64,000 bases of DNA from Octopus bimaculoides (lineage: Eukaryota), in NCBI RefSeq assembly GCF_001194135.2, contig NC_068984.1, positions 140,480,915-140,544,914 on the forward strand, in the 5' to 3' direction. Below are positions 48,991-62,340 of the stretch, in pieces. Below the pieces are notes generated by a model. It made no database searches, was not told the DNA's origin, and saw only the letters and a list, made by a program, of their open reading frames with translations. Both the position numbers and the translations under genes were made by a program. Numbering within the stretch: position 1 is the first letter of the stretch; the number at the start of each line of letters is the position of its first letter.

Positions 48991-49884
48991 CAAAAGATAA
49001 GGTCTGACAGTCAGCTAATTCTTCTCTTGTCTACATTCACACCCATGGGGTTAATGTAGAATACAGATGGATGTCCTGATCATCAGACTCAATCCTTTCT
49101 ACAGTGAAAGAAGTGAAAGAAGAGCAGGTGTTCAAACCTAGTCAATTGTTTCTTGAGATAAGGCACAATGGTCAGATGATGGTACAAAACTGAAGCTATG
49201 TAAGCATTTATTACTTGCATCTGATCTTCCCAAAAGATTTTAGAGAGTGCAAGTGCACCCCGTGTTCCTGAGCCTCCGGTTGCCAGCTGTAGCAGATGTC
49301 AGATAAGACAGTAGCAAAATATCTGGTACATAATGATGTAGCTTGTTGAGCAGACCAGTGCCATCTTAAGGTACGGACAAACCCCATACATCCAGGGGCT
49401 GAATTCTAATCTTTGTATGAAGTTGTTTGCTGTAAATAAATAAATATAGGGACCAATGCATTAGCTTGTTACACCGCAGAGGCTAAGATGGCCCTGAAGC
49501 AGACTATCAACTCTAAGTGACTGATCCCTCACACAGAAGCTCAACACTTTCACTTCTGGGTCTTTGAAACTAGCCATTTCACTGTGTTCAGCATCCTTGA
49601 AACGCTGCAGAAAATGAAAAAAAAAAAAGCATTCTGTGAGCCTGATGGGATCTGCTAAACACATGCAACAGAGGATTGATTAAAGAGACATACTGGAACA
49701 GTGGTCACTTTTGAACATGAATCTGTTTTGAAATCTGGACTGCTTATCAAGATCAAAAAATATCCTGAGAGCTGTGCATCAATTCAGTATATAGAGTTTA
49801 TGTCTACCCCTTTTCTACATATTATGCAAGGCCATTTTCTCAAAGGTATCAGGATCCTGTTATGTTTTCTACTTTCTAAACCTT

Positions 49885-50460
49885 AGTCTTCAACAGGTTA
49901 ACCTAAAGACCCCTCAATTCTAGGTTTTTGCTTCCATGCCTGGAACTTCTTTTCTGATTCCTCCATGGATTCAGCTATGAGGACTAGATCATCAGCATAT
50001 AAGAGTTCCCATTGATAGCTGGTCTTAAACTCTTCAGTGATGGCTTTGGCGACTATGATGAGTAGGAGAAGACTGAGGACTGAACCTTGCTGATCTCCTA
50101 CTTTCACATTATATTTATCACTGAAGTCATTGTCAACTCACGCTTTACTTACAGCATCCTTATACATAGCTTGAGCCACCCATTCAAGCCATTCATCTTC
50201 ACTTAGTTTCCTCAAAACCTATCAAGTTACTGAATGTGGTACCCTGTCAAATGTTTTCTCCAAATCAACGAAAGCCAGAAATAGTGGTTTATTCTTGGCC
50301 AGGTATTTCTCCTGCAGTTGTCTCATTAGAAATATTACATCTGTGGTGCCATTTCTGAGGACGAAGTCAAAAGACATCTCATCCAAGTTCACTCTATCAT
50401 GGATCAACCAAACTATATCCTTCTCCATGACTTTCATTACTTGGTCTAGAAGTTTGATTC
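49885..50460 (-). mobile_element. RTE-clade LINE reverse transcriptase fragment (decayed)
   Basis: GIKLLDQVMKV, IFLMRQLQEKY, AFVDLEKTFDRVP, QQGSVLS, ELLYADDLVLIAES. Confidence 0.92.
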
Positions 50461-51599
50461 CTTTTGATATCTTTTTAATTTCAAAGAAGCATTTGAGTCA
50501 AAAAGGGGAAAAGAAAATGATCAAAACTGTATTTGATATGCAAGATTTGTAATGTTACTTGGGTGTTGAAACATATTTTGTTGTATCTCGGTAGGATCAT
50601 AATGCCAATAATAAACCCACACGCACTGGTTGTTTCATTTTCTTTATCAATTTCAGTTGGTTAACGATTTAACTAATTAATTAACCGATTGTTTAATTAA
50701 TCGTTGGATAAATCAATCAGTCAGTTGGGTTCGTCGGAGTTGTCGCAACCTTACCAATAGCATGCCTTCTCTACTATAGGTTTGATTCAGGTCTGTTTGT
50801 CTCCTAGTTTACAGGCTTTAACGATCGATTAGTTAATTCGTAAACCCAATTGACTAATAATAACAAGAGAAGTGAAAGAGAACCAGTACTGGAGAGGATG
50901 TAACTGGTTCAATTGACCAATACTTGACAAACACTTTATATTAATGAATTCAGTATGATAAAAGTCAGTCCCAACAACTATTTGAAATGAAAACGGAAAG
51001 GGACGTAACTAAATGTCTTATGTGAGCAGTTCTCCATCTACACATACCCACACACACTCTCTCGCTGTCTTTCTCTCTCTCCGTCTCTCTCTCACACACA
51101 TTCTTTCTCACATACGCTCTTTGTCACACACATACTTCCTCATATACAGATAGAAAGATTAAGAAAAAGAGGAAAAGAGGGAGAGAGAGGGTAAATCTAC
51201 GGGTGTCCTGGTTGAAATATGAAAAAAAAAAAAAAAAAATGAAATTATGAAAGTAAATTATCTAGAAATCTGTTTAGTCACCTATTGTAATCCTATGTAC
51301 AAACTACGACAGATAATCGGAATAATTAAATCGATCTCCAATACTTGATTAATACTTTATTTTATCGACCACAAAATGAGGGTGCGAGGTAGTTTGATTT
51401 GAACTCAGGACGTAAGAGAACGTTATAATGTCTTCTGACGCCCAAAGAAATTTACGAAGTTTACGTTAACTTCAAAATTTTTATATATACAATGTCACAA
51501 ACCACTTAAATCATCTAAAAAGTATTGAAATAAGTCAAGAATAATTTTTCCTAATGCGCGACATCGAATGTTCTACTCAATAATAATGACTATTTTCTT

Positions 51600-54149
51600 A
51601 CTTAGGATAGGAAGTCATCAGACTTATAAAGGAGGGGAAAACGCAACGATAAAGTTTATACTATTCTCAAGAACGTGAGTGAAGTAAATGATAATGAGAA
51701 ATCTTCCATTGACCGAAATATTTTGCTTGTGGAAGATCTAATAAACTATGACGTTTTTGATTTAAGCGAGCGTGAACGACGCAGCAGTTAACGAAATTGG
51801 TACAACCGGGTGAGTGAAGCTTACCCCAAGTGCTTATCTCTAATAATTAAAAATATATATATATTGGCTTTAAATTTTGACACAAGACCAGTAATTTCGG
51901 GGGATGAGGTAAATCGATTACATCGACTGGTACTTATTTTATCGATCCCGAGATGATGGAAGGTAAAGTCGATCTCAACTTCGACTTTCATTTTTTCGGT
52001 ATATGAACACCAATAATTTCCACACACACGTATAGTCGTTTAAGAATCCATAAGTCAAAAAAAAAAAATATACACTCGTCGTATATTTGTCAGTACAGCG
52101 AATATATTAAGCAAAGTGTACAGTCTTTTAGATCCTTTACGGCCGATTGGCATATAATACTGTACTCTTTGATATATATAGATAGATACAATAATGGGAT
52201 AAAAATCTTTTACAAGAATTTTATCAAATGCCCTTATATAAATATAAACGAATATATATATAGATAGGTAAATAAGGGTACTGTGAAACGCGAACGTGAC
52301 TAAAGATCGGGTTCAGTAACGAGTTTTGCACCTCACTCGAATATCTACAGTAGTAAGAAGCGGGGAAATGAAACCTCGGTAGAGGCGAGTGAGCGAAATA
52401 CGAGCTAATTAATAGAAATATTAATTAACAGAAATCAGGCATCGTATTTAATGCTTTATAGAACATTGATTACTAATTCTATTTTCTGTTAATTGTTATT
52501 GTTTATATATATGATGCCTTTGCTAGAAGATACGACGATCTTTCGGTACACAACGTCGGTAAGAATATACGAACTCGCGACCTCGGAATCGAGGTCAATA
52601 ACAAATATTTTCCTCCCAGCCACCAAAAAGGAATGACTTGGATGAAACAGAGTTCGCTCCCCTTTGATGCTATTGTATTACGCAAGTGTCGGTGGGAGGT
52701 GAGCGCAATGAGAAATAACCCAGACGTACACACAGACGCACCCACACACACATACGCGCGCGCACACAGACACAGTCACACACACCTATACACGCGCGCA
52801 CACACAGACACAGCTACAACACAATATATATATAACTGCACTGAATAAAAAAAATTAAATAAAAATACTTCCTAAGGTGAAAGACACCCTATTTTTGATG
52901 TCTTCCTCGACAGAACCAATGATAATAATTAATTCAATCGAGTTTATATTATTATGTCACCTTAACCCCGCCACTCGGTCACCCTAAAACACTTTTTTTT
53001 CCTCCTCCCTATGCGAACACGTAATAATTTCATCATCCCCCCCCTCCCTCACTTAGACTTTGTCATTGATTTTAATTGCGAATGACTTAGGAAGAAAAAT
53101 TCATAAAATAAAATAAAAAATAACAGAAAAATTATTTTACGTGGTTCATTTCTCTGTTTTCGTTTTCTATTTAGTTTTATTAAAGTTTAGTCCTGTTCCG
53201 TGTTGTTTGGAGCTGGGACGTTTTATATGGGTCACAAAGTAGTTCGAATTTTACAGTCGACCGCCATAACTTCTCTTCTACCTTTTTTTTTCTTTTCCTC
53301 TTACACTTGTCTTCTTCTCCCTTCATTTCCACGCATCGTTTTCTTTTTTTTTTTGCTGTCTGCCTTCTTCCACTTTTTGTCTATCTCTTATTGTTTTGCT
53401 CTTTTTCAACTCTTATATTCTTTCCCTCCCTAACAAACAAACTCTTTCCATTCTCCTCTCTCTTTCTATCTGTCTATCTTTCTTTTTTTAAATCTTTATT
53501 ATTTCATTTCCCTCTCACCTTCTTCAGTCTCTCATTCCCCGCACTTTTTTTTACTTCGCATAATTCTCCCTTCACCTCTTTTTCTTTCTATTCCTATTCT
53601 ACTCTATCAAATCTGTTCAACTCTCTTTTTCCTTCTTTCAATCTTTTACCCTCTCTCTTCCTGTTGTCTTCCTCCGCCTCTCTACTCCTTTCTCTCTCTT
53701 CGTCGCCCTCTCTGTCTACTCCTTCTCCCTCTCTCTATGTGTCTGCCGCTTTTTCTACTCCTTCCTCTCTATCTTCGTCCTCCCCTCTCTACTGTCTCCC
53801 TCTCTCTCTTTGTCTGTCTCTTCGCCCGCCTTCTGCCTGCCGCACTTTTCCTTCTTACGTCTATATATTATATCACGCGCATACATATATATACACGTAT
53901 AAATACATATACACACATAAATAAACCTATCTCTCCATATTCTCTTTTTTTTGTCGTTCTCTTGTTCTAAATCGGTCATATATGTATGAGTATCTATCCT
54001 TCGCTTTATTCCGTCACTTAACTGGGGACGTTTCCCTTCCTGCTATTCGAACACATCCTTCAAGCAGCTGGAAACTGGAACTACCACTACAAGACATCAA
54101 CTTTTATCCCAGCCCAATACTTACCTCATGTACCCTACACAGCCTCCAG
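51600..54149 (+). promoter_or_regulatory. Candidate promoter/5' leader of a further gene: CpG-retaining zone, long CT-rich tract at 53270-53860, candidate exon ending at a donor at 54149
   Basis: CG dinucleotides are visibly denser than in the flanks. Donor-like sites: ccgg|gtgagt (~51810), ggag|gtgagc (~52698), ccag|gtatgt (54149). No product recognised. Confidence 0.3.
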
Positions 54150-55954
54150 GTATGTTTACATCTTATAACATTTGCCCCATATTCGTTTAGCCAAGTCTAT
54201 GCATACTACTTTAATTAATAAAAACGAAAAGTTCTATAATTTTTGGTTCAACTTCATGTATATTTCATATATTTTAAGATACATAACCAATTTACAAATA
54301 TAAGAAAGCACACCAGAAACTGATTATGCAGTTGCCCTTAAGTTTTTTGTTTGCACCAAACCTAAGCAAGTGCAAAGACTTAATTAGATATAAATATATA
54401 TCCTAATGGTAACTTACCATAAATATAGAATGTGTTTTTTTTATGGCCTTGCATTTTATAGGTATATAAAATGAATCGAAATAAATACTAATAAATGTTG
54501 GTTATTAAATTATTTGTAATGCCTAAGTTTTTGCCGACAGCACCTAAAAAGGTACGAACAGACTTATTACACACCTGAATGATTGAAAAATATTTTTCTT
54601 ATGTAAAAGAGAAAAGAATTCTCTCTCTTTTTTTTCTCTCTCTCACATAATTGTGTTAATAATTCCAGTGCAACCCTTTCGTTTTTGTCAAAGAAATTTT
54701 TTAAAATTTAGGAGATTTTTTTTTCCTACGCACATTGAGTGATTAAAAAAAAAATTTTTTGGTACTTTGCAAAAATTAAAAATATTTTTTAGGCACCATG
54801 AGTGATTGAAATTATTGTTAATTAACAAAAACTCAAGAGGTTTCTTACGTAAATTGAGTAATTAAAAACCTTTTTTCTTTTTTTGGTAATTGGCAAAAAA
54901 TTTAGAGGTTTCTTTAGGCACCACGAGTGATTGAAAATTTTGTTTTTTTTTGCGGGGTAATTAGCAAGTTCTTGATTGGAGTAGTTTATTGAAAGTATAA
55001 TAAAAAACTGATTACATATAAGTAGTTAACTAAGAAACACATAAGTAATTCTTAATGTCTTGCAACTAAACTTTAATCAAATGCTGGGAGCACTAAGTAC
55101 ATACCTAAATGGTTGAAAAATTAATAGCAATATAAGGTCTTTAAAAGTTGTGACCATCACTCACTAGTTTCCTCTGATGGACTTTTGATAACTTTTTATG
55201 ATATAGTTGTTGTGTTTTTAGTACAACGGCTTTTTTTTGTGTACTTGTTTTTGTGAAACGAAGTTGTTAAAATTCCATCGGAAGGCTGAAGGTAATTGTG
55301 TATGTCACTTGCATTGCAAAATGTATTAAATAATGCTTGTGCTCTATACTTTCAGCCCCTTTTCTTGTTTATGCTAAGTATCAAATATTCAAAAGCTCCT
55401 GAAAAATATCTGAACTAAATTAACCAACGAAAAAGAAACATTTTAGGACAAATCAACGGAAGTTAATTATGTTATAATTAAAAGAAAAAGGGGGTAGCTG
55501 TTCAGTTATTTTCCCCCAACATTATTAACGTATGCAATTTTCGAGGATTAAGACTAATAATATATCTTTTCGTTTTTATGTAATATTTCTTACCAACTAT
55601 TAGTTTTCGACTTGAATCCCATTAATTTATGATTTATGACCCTTTATGTAAGAGAAATATATAAAGAAAAAGACCCAATTAAAAAGAAACTTTCTCTGCA
55701 CTAGTTTTAGGTTTGCTGTAAAAAAAAAACTTAATAAAGTTTCCACTTCCACCATCCTGTATATATATACATATATATAAATAAATAACACACTTTTATA
55801 ATGTGGTGTATGTATGTATGTATGTATACATGTCAGTGTATACATGTGTGTGTGTGTGTATGCATACAGACAAAAACATTAAATAAGCAGTATTGATAAT
55901 TAACAGAACATGTAATGTATATTAACAGAAAACAAAAAAAAGTGAGTTGTATGC

Positions 55955-56000
<46 letters not shown>

Positions 56001-57647
56001 TTTGTGGTGGGGGTATGTCGAATACTGAGTATTGCTTTTATTACTGGTTCTACCAGTAAGTGGTATTAATTGATATCTGCATGTATATATATATATATAT
56101 ATATTTGTTTCATACCCGTGTAGTCAGTGGAATAACGGAAACAGAATAGACTATATTCGTGTTCAATACCGCGGGAGGAGATATTGCCCTCGGTTCTAGG
56201 GTCGTTAAAACAATACCAGTCATATGTTAGTCAATTAGTCGACTGTACCTTTTCAATAAATTTGTTTCAGCGTGTCAGTGTATGAGATTATTAACGTTAC
56301 CTTGTATAATAATCATTGATTGTATTGTTTTATCAGAAGCTTGGCTGTTATTACTTACTGATAGACCTATCATTACTACAGTTACTACGAGGCCGCTACC
56401 ACGCATAACACTAGTAAATAGTTTCTAGTTACTAGTATACCACTACCATACATAACACTAGTTCTACTACAACTACTATTATTACTACTTTTTGTATCAG
56501 ACATTACCATCATCGTCACTGAAGTATCTTGTGCACGGTTGCTCGACCAGAAATCTCTAGAGTAACACCATGCCGCCTTTTAAATATACAAGAGTACATG
56601 AGAATTAGATAGTCTTTGATAGCTCTAAAACAACGATGGTCGCGGTTGGAATGCCTTTGATCCCAAGTCTGCTCGACCAGTTTTGAAATGGATCTGAATA
56701 ACAACAAATCAGTGAAGCAGGGGAGTTCTAAGGACTTGCTAGAAATAATAGTAACCGACTCTTTCATATCATTACTCGTTCTTGAACAAAGAAAGGACAC
56801 AGTTAACGATGTCTGGCGAAAAGACAGCATGGTCATAGGTGGAATTCTTTTGATCGTAGTTCGGCTGAGGTGAATGGTGGTCGGGGTTGCCCCGGGGCTG
56901 AACACTATTGCTCGACTGTTATTATTTTTGGCTGCTGCTGCTGTTAACACTATTACTTTTGACACTACCATCACCACCACCACATACTACTACTACTTAT
57001 AAAACGGTACTGTTGTTGTTTAACCCTGACCAACAGATCTACAGTCCGAGGAGTTTCCAAACCGTGACCATCCCGTTTTTTCTCCAGGCACAGTATATTA
57101 TGAACTATGTTATACAATCCTTTCTTTCTTTTTTTCTTAAGATGGTTAGAGTGTAACTGAAGGCTGCTGTTTCTAGCAAATCGAGCGACCACGTTGATCT
57201 GAGTCTGTGACGCAAACCCTCTCCCAACTGACATTTTATAATGGTTAATTGGCTTAATTGTGACCACAAGATCATTACTGTTAGTTACCGAATTATAACA
57301 GATCTTATGTTGTTAGTTTCTTGTGTTGTATTTGCTTCTTTGTAGCTAAACACGAAATCCCGTCTGCTTTAAGGGAAGTGAGAAAAACCGTAGCGTCATC
57401 CATGCCTTTCCCGACTGAAATAACTTCAGCTGGGATTTGAAACTGAATCACAATCGTAGATTTCTGAAACCATACAACACTTGCTAGACTTAAAGTGCTG
57501 TGATTTATACTACTACCATTATTATTACTAAGTTTATCAGCAGTTTTTTGTATCTGTCTCTCTGAAGTTTATGAGCTCGAGAAATAAGAATTTCTCGTAT
57601 AGGGACAAGACCACAAATTTGTAAATAGACACGCGCACACACATACA

Positions 57648-57780
57648 CACGAGGGGCTGTTGGAAAGTTCCTGGCTTTGAGTAAAAGAAAATACGGGAGG
57701 ATCAGTTATGACTTTATTCAACGTATTCCCTTCTCAGATTCACACACTTATTGCAGTGGTCCTTCAGTTTTTCTGAATGT
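57648..57780. mobile_element. Mariner terminal fragment
   Basis: acgaggggctgttggaaagttcc resembles a mariner TIR. Confidence 0.45.
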
Positions 57781-57943
57781 ATGATATGATGAAAAGATAC
57801 ACTTTTTCCCTCCGCCAAAAAAACGTCTCAAAATATCACCCTGAGTCCTATATGTGAAGTTGGGCCCATATTACATGCTGTAATGCACCGATAATGTATT
57901 TTCCTGAATATGTACTGCTGAAATTAGGGTGCATCTTTTAAAC

Positions 57944-58290
57944 CAGTAGCTCCCAACCTATGTATGGTCCACGGACCCCTGATGATCCGCAATGGTAGTA
58001 CTGGGTTTGTGAACTAAATNNNNNNNNNNACACACACACACACACACACATATGAATATATAGTTTTAGGGAAAAGAACCAAGGTTCATGAACTCATCGA
58101 TAAAAATCTACTGTCACATATAGAAAAATTAATAAAAGCACACACACACACACACACACATATGAATATATAGTTTTAGGGAAAAGACCATACACACACA
58201 CATAAGGATAAGCATATTAAAAGGGGTTCGTGGGGAAAACTCATTTAAATAAAAGGGGCCCTTGGTAGTGTAAAGGCTGAGAACCATTGT
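57944..58290. mobile_element. hAT-like MITE spanning a small gap
   Basis: Ends cagtagctcccaacc and ggctgagaaccattg; interior resembles 59678-59939 (ccacggaccc). Confidence 0.55.
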
Positions 58291-59677
58291 TTGATACCAT
58301 CAAATGTAGGTTCTGTGTAGTCACACCATTTGCTCAATGTACCAATCAAATCTCCCACCACGATCTGTCAACCGTCTTTTAACATAGGTACTACATGTTT
58401 AATTCCACGAAGACCATACTGATATACAAAACCCTTTTATAAATCACAAGAATCCATAGAGATAATGTTTCAGCTCTAGGTTTTGTAAAGAACGCTAGTC
58501 TGTTGCAGGTAATTAATTGCATTCATGAGCTTTTGATGTTTGTGTCCTGCAGTGAGATCCATTCAGGTAATGTTGTATCCTTTTTAATATGTCAGGCAAA
58601 ATGTTTTGTGGCATGTCTTTTGGCTCTCTGTATGTTCTGGGTTCAAATCCCGCCAAAGTCGACTTGGCTTTCGTGTTTTCAGAATTGACAAAATAAAGTA
58701 CTAGCTGGGTATGGTGGTGGTGGTGGGGGTCAATGTAATTGACTTGTTCCCTTGTGTCAAAAATTGGTGGCCTTAAACCTTGCAATGGATTGGTGTTCCA
58801 TTCATGGGAATATTCTGATTTTGGTCACTTATCCCCATGGAAACTAGGTAACTGGCCTTAGTCCAGGCGCTAAAGAAAACTTTAAAAATAAAAAAAATAA
58901 CCATAGCACTAATCAATGGATTCTTTGTTAGGTTTATCATAGAACTGTTGGCTATTTATAGCAAACAAAACCTCTTTAGCCTGCAAAATTCATCATTGAT
59001 TAGACATCCATTCTCTTCATGCAGGCATATGTTAATAAACTCTATAGTGCAGCTTACTAAAACTACTGCTGCTCAATTCTGCATCAGTTGGCCATTCTCT
59101 AATCTGACCGCACTGCTTCCATGTTTTATTTACCTAGATATTCCTCCCCAGTATCAATAATACATGACACTTGCATGTCTATACATGTACAACTACCTTT
59201 TCTTGCATACATTGGTTAATACATGTCAGAACTAAATGGATCCAGCAATGTAGTAATGTATTTATAAAAAAAAATATTGTCACTGGGGCTTGGCGCATTT
59301 GTCTGACCCCTCGGCTCCTGTCAGATCATCTAACCCATACCAGTGTAGAAAAATGGACGTTAAATGCCCCAGAATGTCTCCATATTATCATGGGTTGGAC
59401 ATGACTTCTTGAGGTAGTCTTTCCTGGCCAGAGGCCCTTCCTAATTGCTAACCTAGTCGTCTCCTACAATGCATAGGAACACAATGTACATATCCTAAAA
59501 CCTGATATGCACAATATGTAAATAGTTGGCAAATTTTAATCAACTGAACCCATCTTTTTTCTTTCCTTCTTTGCATATAAGTGCAGACATAGCTATGTGG
59601 TTAAGAAGCTTGCTTTGTAGCCATGTGGTTTTGGGTTCACTCCGCTGCACACCATCTTTGGCAAGTGTCTTCTAGAG

Positions 59678-59939
59678 CAGGGATTTTCAAACTTTTTGAC
59701 TTGCGAACCCCTTTATATTTCAGGCTTTACCCTTATAAACGCTTATGAAATTTATACATAAATATTTGCTTAAAATAACATATTTTTACATTTATTTATT
59801 TAACAGTATTTAACAAATAGGTTTATTGTCAATTAAAAGATTTTGATTAAAAAACATATATAAAATCAAATTGCCCATAAAAAGTATTTGCTGTCCACGG
59901 ACCCTCTGTGGCCCGCGGACCACAGTTTGAAAACCCCTC
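59678..59939. mobile_element. hAT (Charlie-like) MITE inserted into a SINE head
   Basis: TIR cagggattttcaaact / agtttgaaaacccctc; 8-bp TSD ttctagag / ttctagaa fits the NTCTAGAN target. Confidence 0.8.
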
Positions 59940-59966
59940 TTCTAGAAGATTACAACTAGACACACA

Positions 59967-60219
59967 TATATTACCATTTATTACATTGCGTTCAATTCGC
60001 TATACGTTATTCGTTTCATTATCCATCCGCTTTTCCTTCACATTTCAGGTATACTGAAGACTCTTTCTGTCATAAATAAGTCTGACAACTCTTTGCTTTC
60101 ACCAACGCTTTATTTACGCAGATTGAAGCAGTGACAAAAAGGGGTCTTCAGTATACCTGAACTGTAAAGGAGAAGATGATGGATAATGTATGGCGAATTG
60201 AATGTAATAAATAATATAT
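59967..60219. mobile_element. Fold-back MITE with ~90-bp arms
   Basis: ttatccatc...ttcaggtatactgaagactc pairs with ggggtcttcagtatacctgaa...gatggataa. Confidence 0.7.
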
Positions 60220-61189
60220 TTGTGTTTAGTTGTAATCCTCTATCTTCTGCTATAGTTCTGGGGGTAACCAAGGCCTTGTGAGTGAATTTTGTGAACAGAA
60301 ACTGTATGGAAGCACATGTCTTGTGAATAAATATATACGTGTGTGTTTGTCGTCCTCCACTGCTTGATTGCTGGTATTGGTTTGTTTATGTATCTGTAAC
60401 TTAGTTTGGTAATAAAGTACTAAAGTTGAAAGAAAAAAAAAGTACTGGGGTTGATTTGTTTGACTAACCCTACAATGTGGTGCTCCAGCATGACTGCAGT
60501 CCGATGACTGAAACAATACGAAAGAAGATAAATTTCCAGACAGTTCAATCTTTTCAACAAATAATGAACTTTGACCTTTCCTAAAAATGACCCATAATTT
60601 TATTAGATAAAAGGGATAAACATCTAATATTTTCTCCACTGTCAGTTACTAGGAACACCTTCTTTTGAAATAGAATATATAGATATCTGTTATCAAACGA
60701 AACCATTCTAACTATTAAAAAAGAAACAAAAAAACCAGTCCAGCGAGGTGCAGACGTAGGTGCGTGTGGCTTTTCAAAGATTTACTTCACAACCACAAGG
60801 TTTCGAGTTTGGTTCTATTGCATGGCACAATGACTTCATGAGAAAGTGTCTCCTACTGTAGCCTCATGCTGTCCAATGTCATGTCAGTGGAACTAAGGAC
60901 TTAGAAACTGAGAAGACGCGTGTGTGTTTACAAACGCACACACACATCATGCCAGCATGGAAAACAGGCATTACATAACGATGTCGATTATATATATATA
61001 TATATATATNNNNNNNNNNNNNNNNNNNNNNNNNNNNNNNNNNNNNNNNNNNNNNNNNNNNNNNNNNNNNNNNNNNNNNNNNNNNNNNNNNNNNNNNNNN
61101 NNNNNNNNNACTTGTGTGTGTGTATACGTCTGTATATACACTTGTGTGTGTGTATACGTATGTATATACATTGTATACGTGTGTATATG

Positions 61190-61432
61190 GGTAATCTTCA
61201 AGTTTAGGGGGGTAAAAAAGTAAATAAAAATATTAAAGGGAGATAACTGAACGACTTACCAGTATTATCCGTTTTCTTCTAGCTGTTTATAAATAAATCA
61301 CACCCTAACCCTGACATAAATCAAATCACGTGTGTGATTTATTTATAAAGAGATGTACGGAGAATACTGGTAAGACGTTCAGTTACTTCGCTTGAATATT
61401 TTTTTTTTAACCCCCTAAACTTAAAGATTACC
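61190..61432. mobile_element. Fold-back MITE with ~110-bp arms starting GGTAA; Merlin-like
   Basis: ggtaatcttcaagtttagggggg pairs with ccccctaaacttaaagattacc. The 8-bp flanks tgtatatg and tgtatgtg differ at one base. Confidence 0.7.
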
Positions 61433-61573
61433 TGTATGTGCACATTTGTGTGTACGCATGTATATGCACTTGTGTGTGTATTCGTATGTATATACACGTG
61501 TTTGTGTGTATTTCATCATCATCGTTTAACGTCCGCTTTCCATGCTAGCATGGGTTGGACGATTTGACTGAGG

Positions 61574-62340
61574 ACATACACGCGTTTGTGTGTATTCGTA
61601 TGTATATACATCTGTGTGTGTGTATTCGTATGTATATACACGCGTGTGTGTATACGTATGTATATACACGCGTGTGTATACGTATGTATATACACTTGTG
61701 TGTTTGTGTATACGTATGTATATGTACTTGTGTGTGTGTGTATACGTATGTATATGTACTTGTGTGTGTGTGTATACGTATGCATATGCACTTGTGTATG
61801 TGTGTATACATATGCATATGCACTTGTGTATGTGTGTATGCATATGCACTTGTNNNNNNNNNNNNNNNNNNNNNNNNNNNNNNNNNNNNNNNNNNNNNNN
61901 NNNNNNNNNNNNNNNNNNNNNNNNNNNNNNNNNNNNNNNNNNNNNNNNNNNNNNNNNNNNNNNNNNNNNNNNNNNNNNNNNNNNNNNNNNNNNNNNNNNN
62001 NNNNNNNNNNNNNNNNNNNNNNNNNNNNNNNNNNNNNNNNNNNNNNNNNNNNNNNNNNNATATACTCTGTGTGTGTGCATATACATTTGTGTGTGTGTGT
62101 GCTTATAGACTTGTGTGTGTATGTATACATATACACGTATGTGTGTATACATATACACTTGATGTGTGTGCGTGCATACATATGTATATACACTTGTGTG
62201 TGTATGTATATACACTTGTGTGTGTATGTATATACACTTGTGTGTGTATGTATATACACTTGTGTGTGTATGTATATACACTTGTGTGTGTATGCATATA
62301 CACTTGTGTGTGTGTATGCATATACACTTGCATGTGTGTG
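61574..62340. repeat. GT/AT minisatellite with ~22-26-bp units such as cttgtgtgtgtatgtatataca, spanning a gap
   Basis: Tandem units visible directly. Confidence 0.9.

Noticed and set aside
56026-56070. 23-mer TGAGTATTgcttttatTACTGGT sharing both ends with miR-12, inside a small hairpin
   Set aside because: The central 8 nt differ at most positions, the loop is only 3 nt and the stem has a 5-nt bulge, so it is not pre-miRNA-like. The region is built of short palindromes.
56516-56983. 155-aa minus-strand ORF
   Set aside because: No recognisable domain or splice signals. It starts in trinucleotide repeats and overlaps decayed copies of the dispersed GCTAGAAAT repeat motif.
58030-58190. ~45-bp direct repeat next to a gap inside a hAT MITE
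   Set aside because: Microsatellite-anchored and gap-adjacent; likely slippage or assembly.
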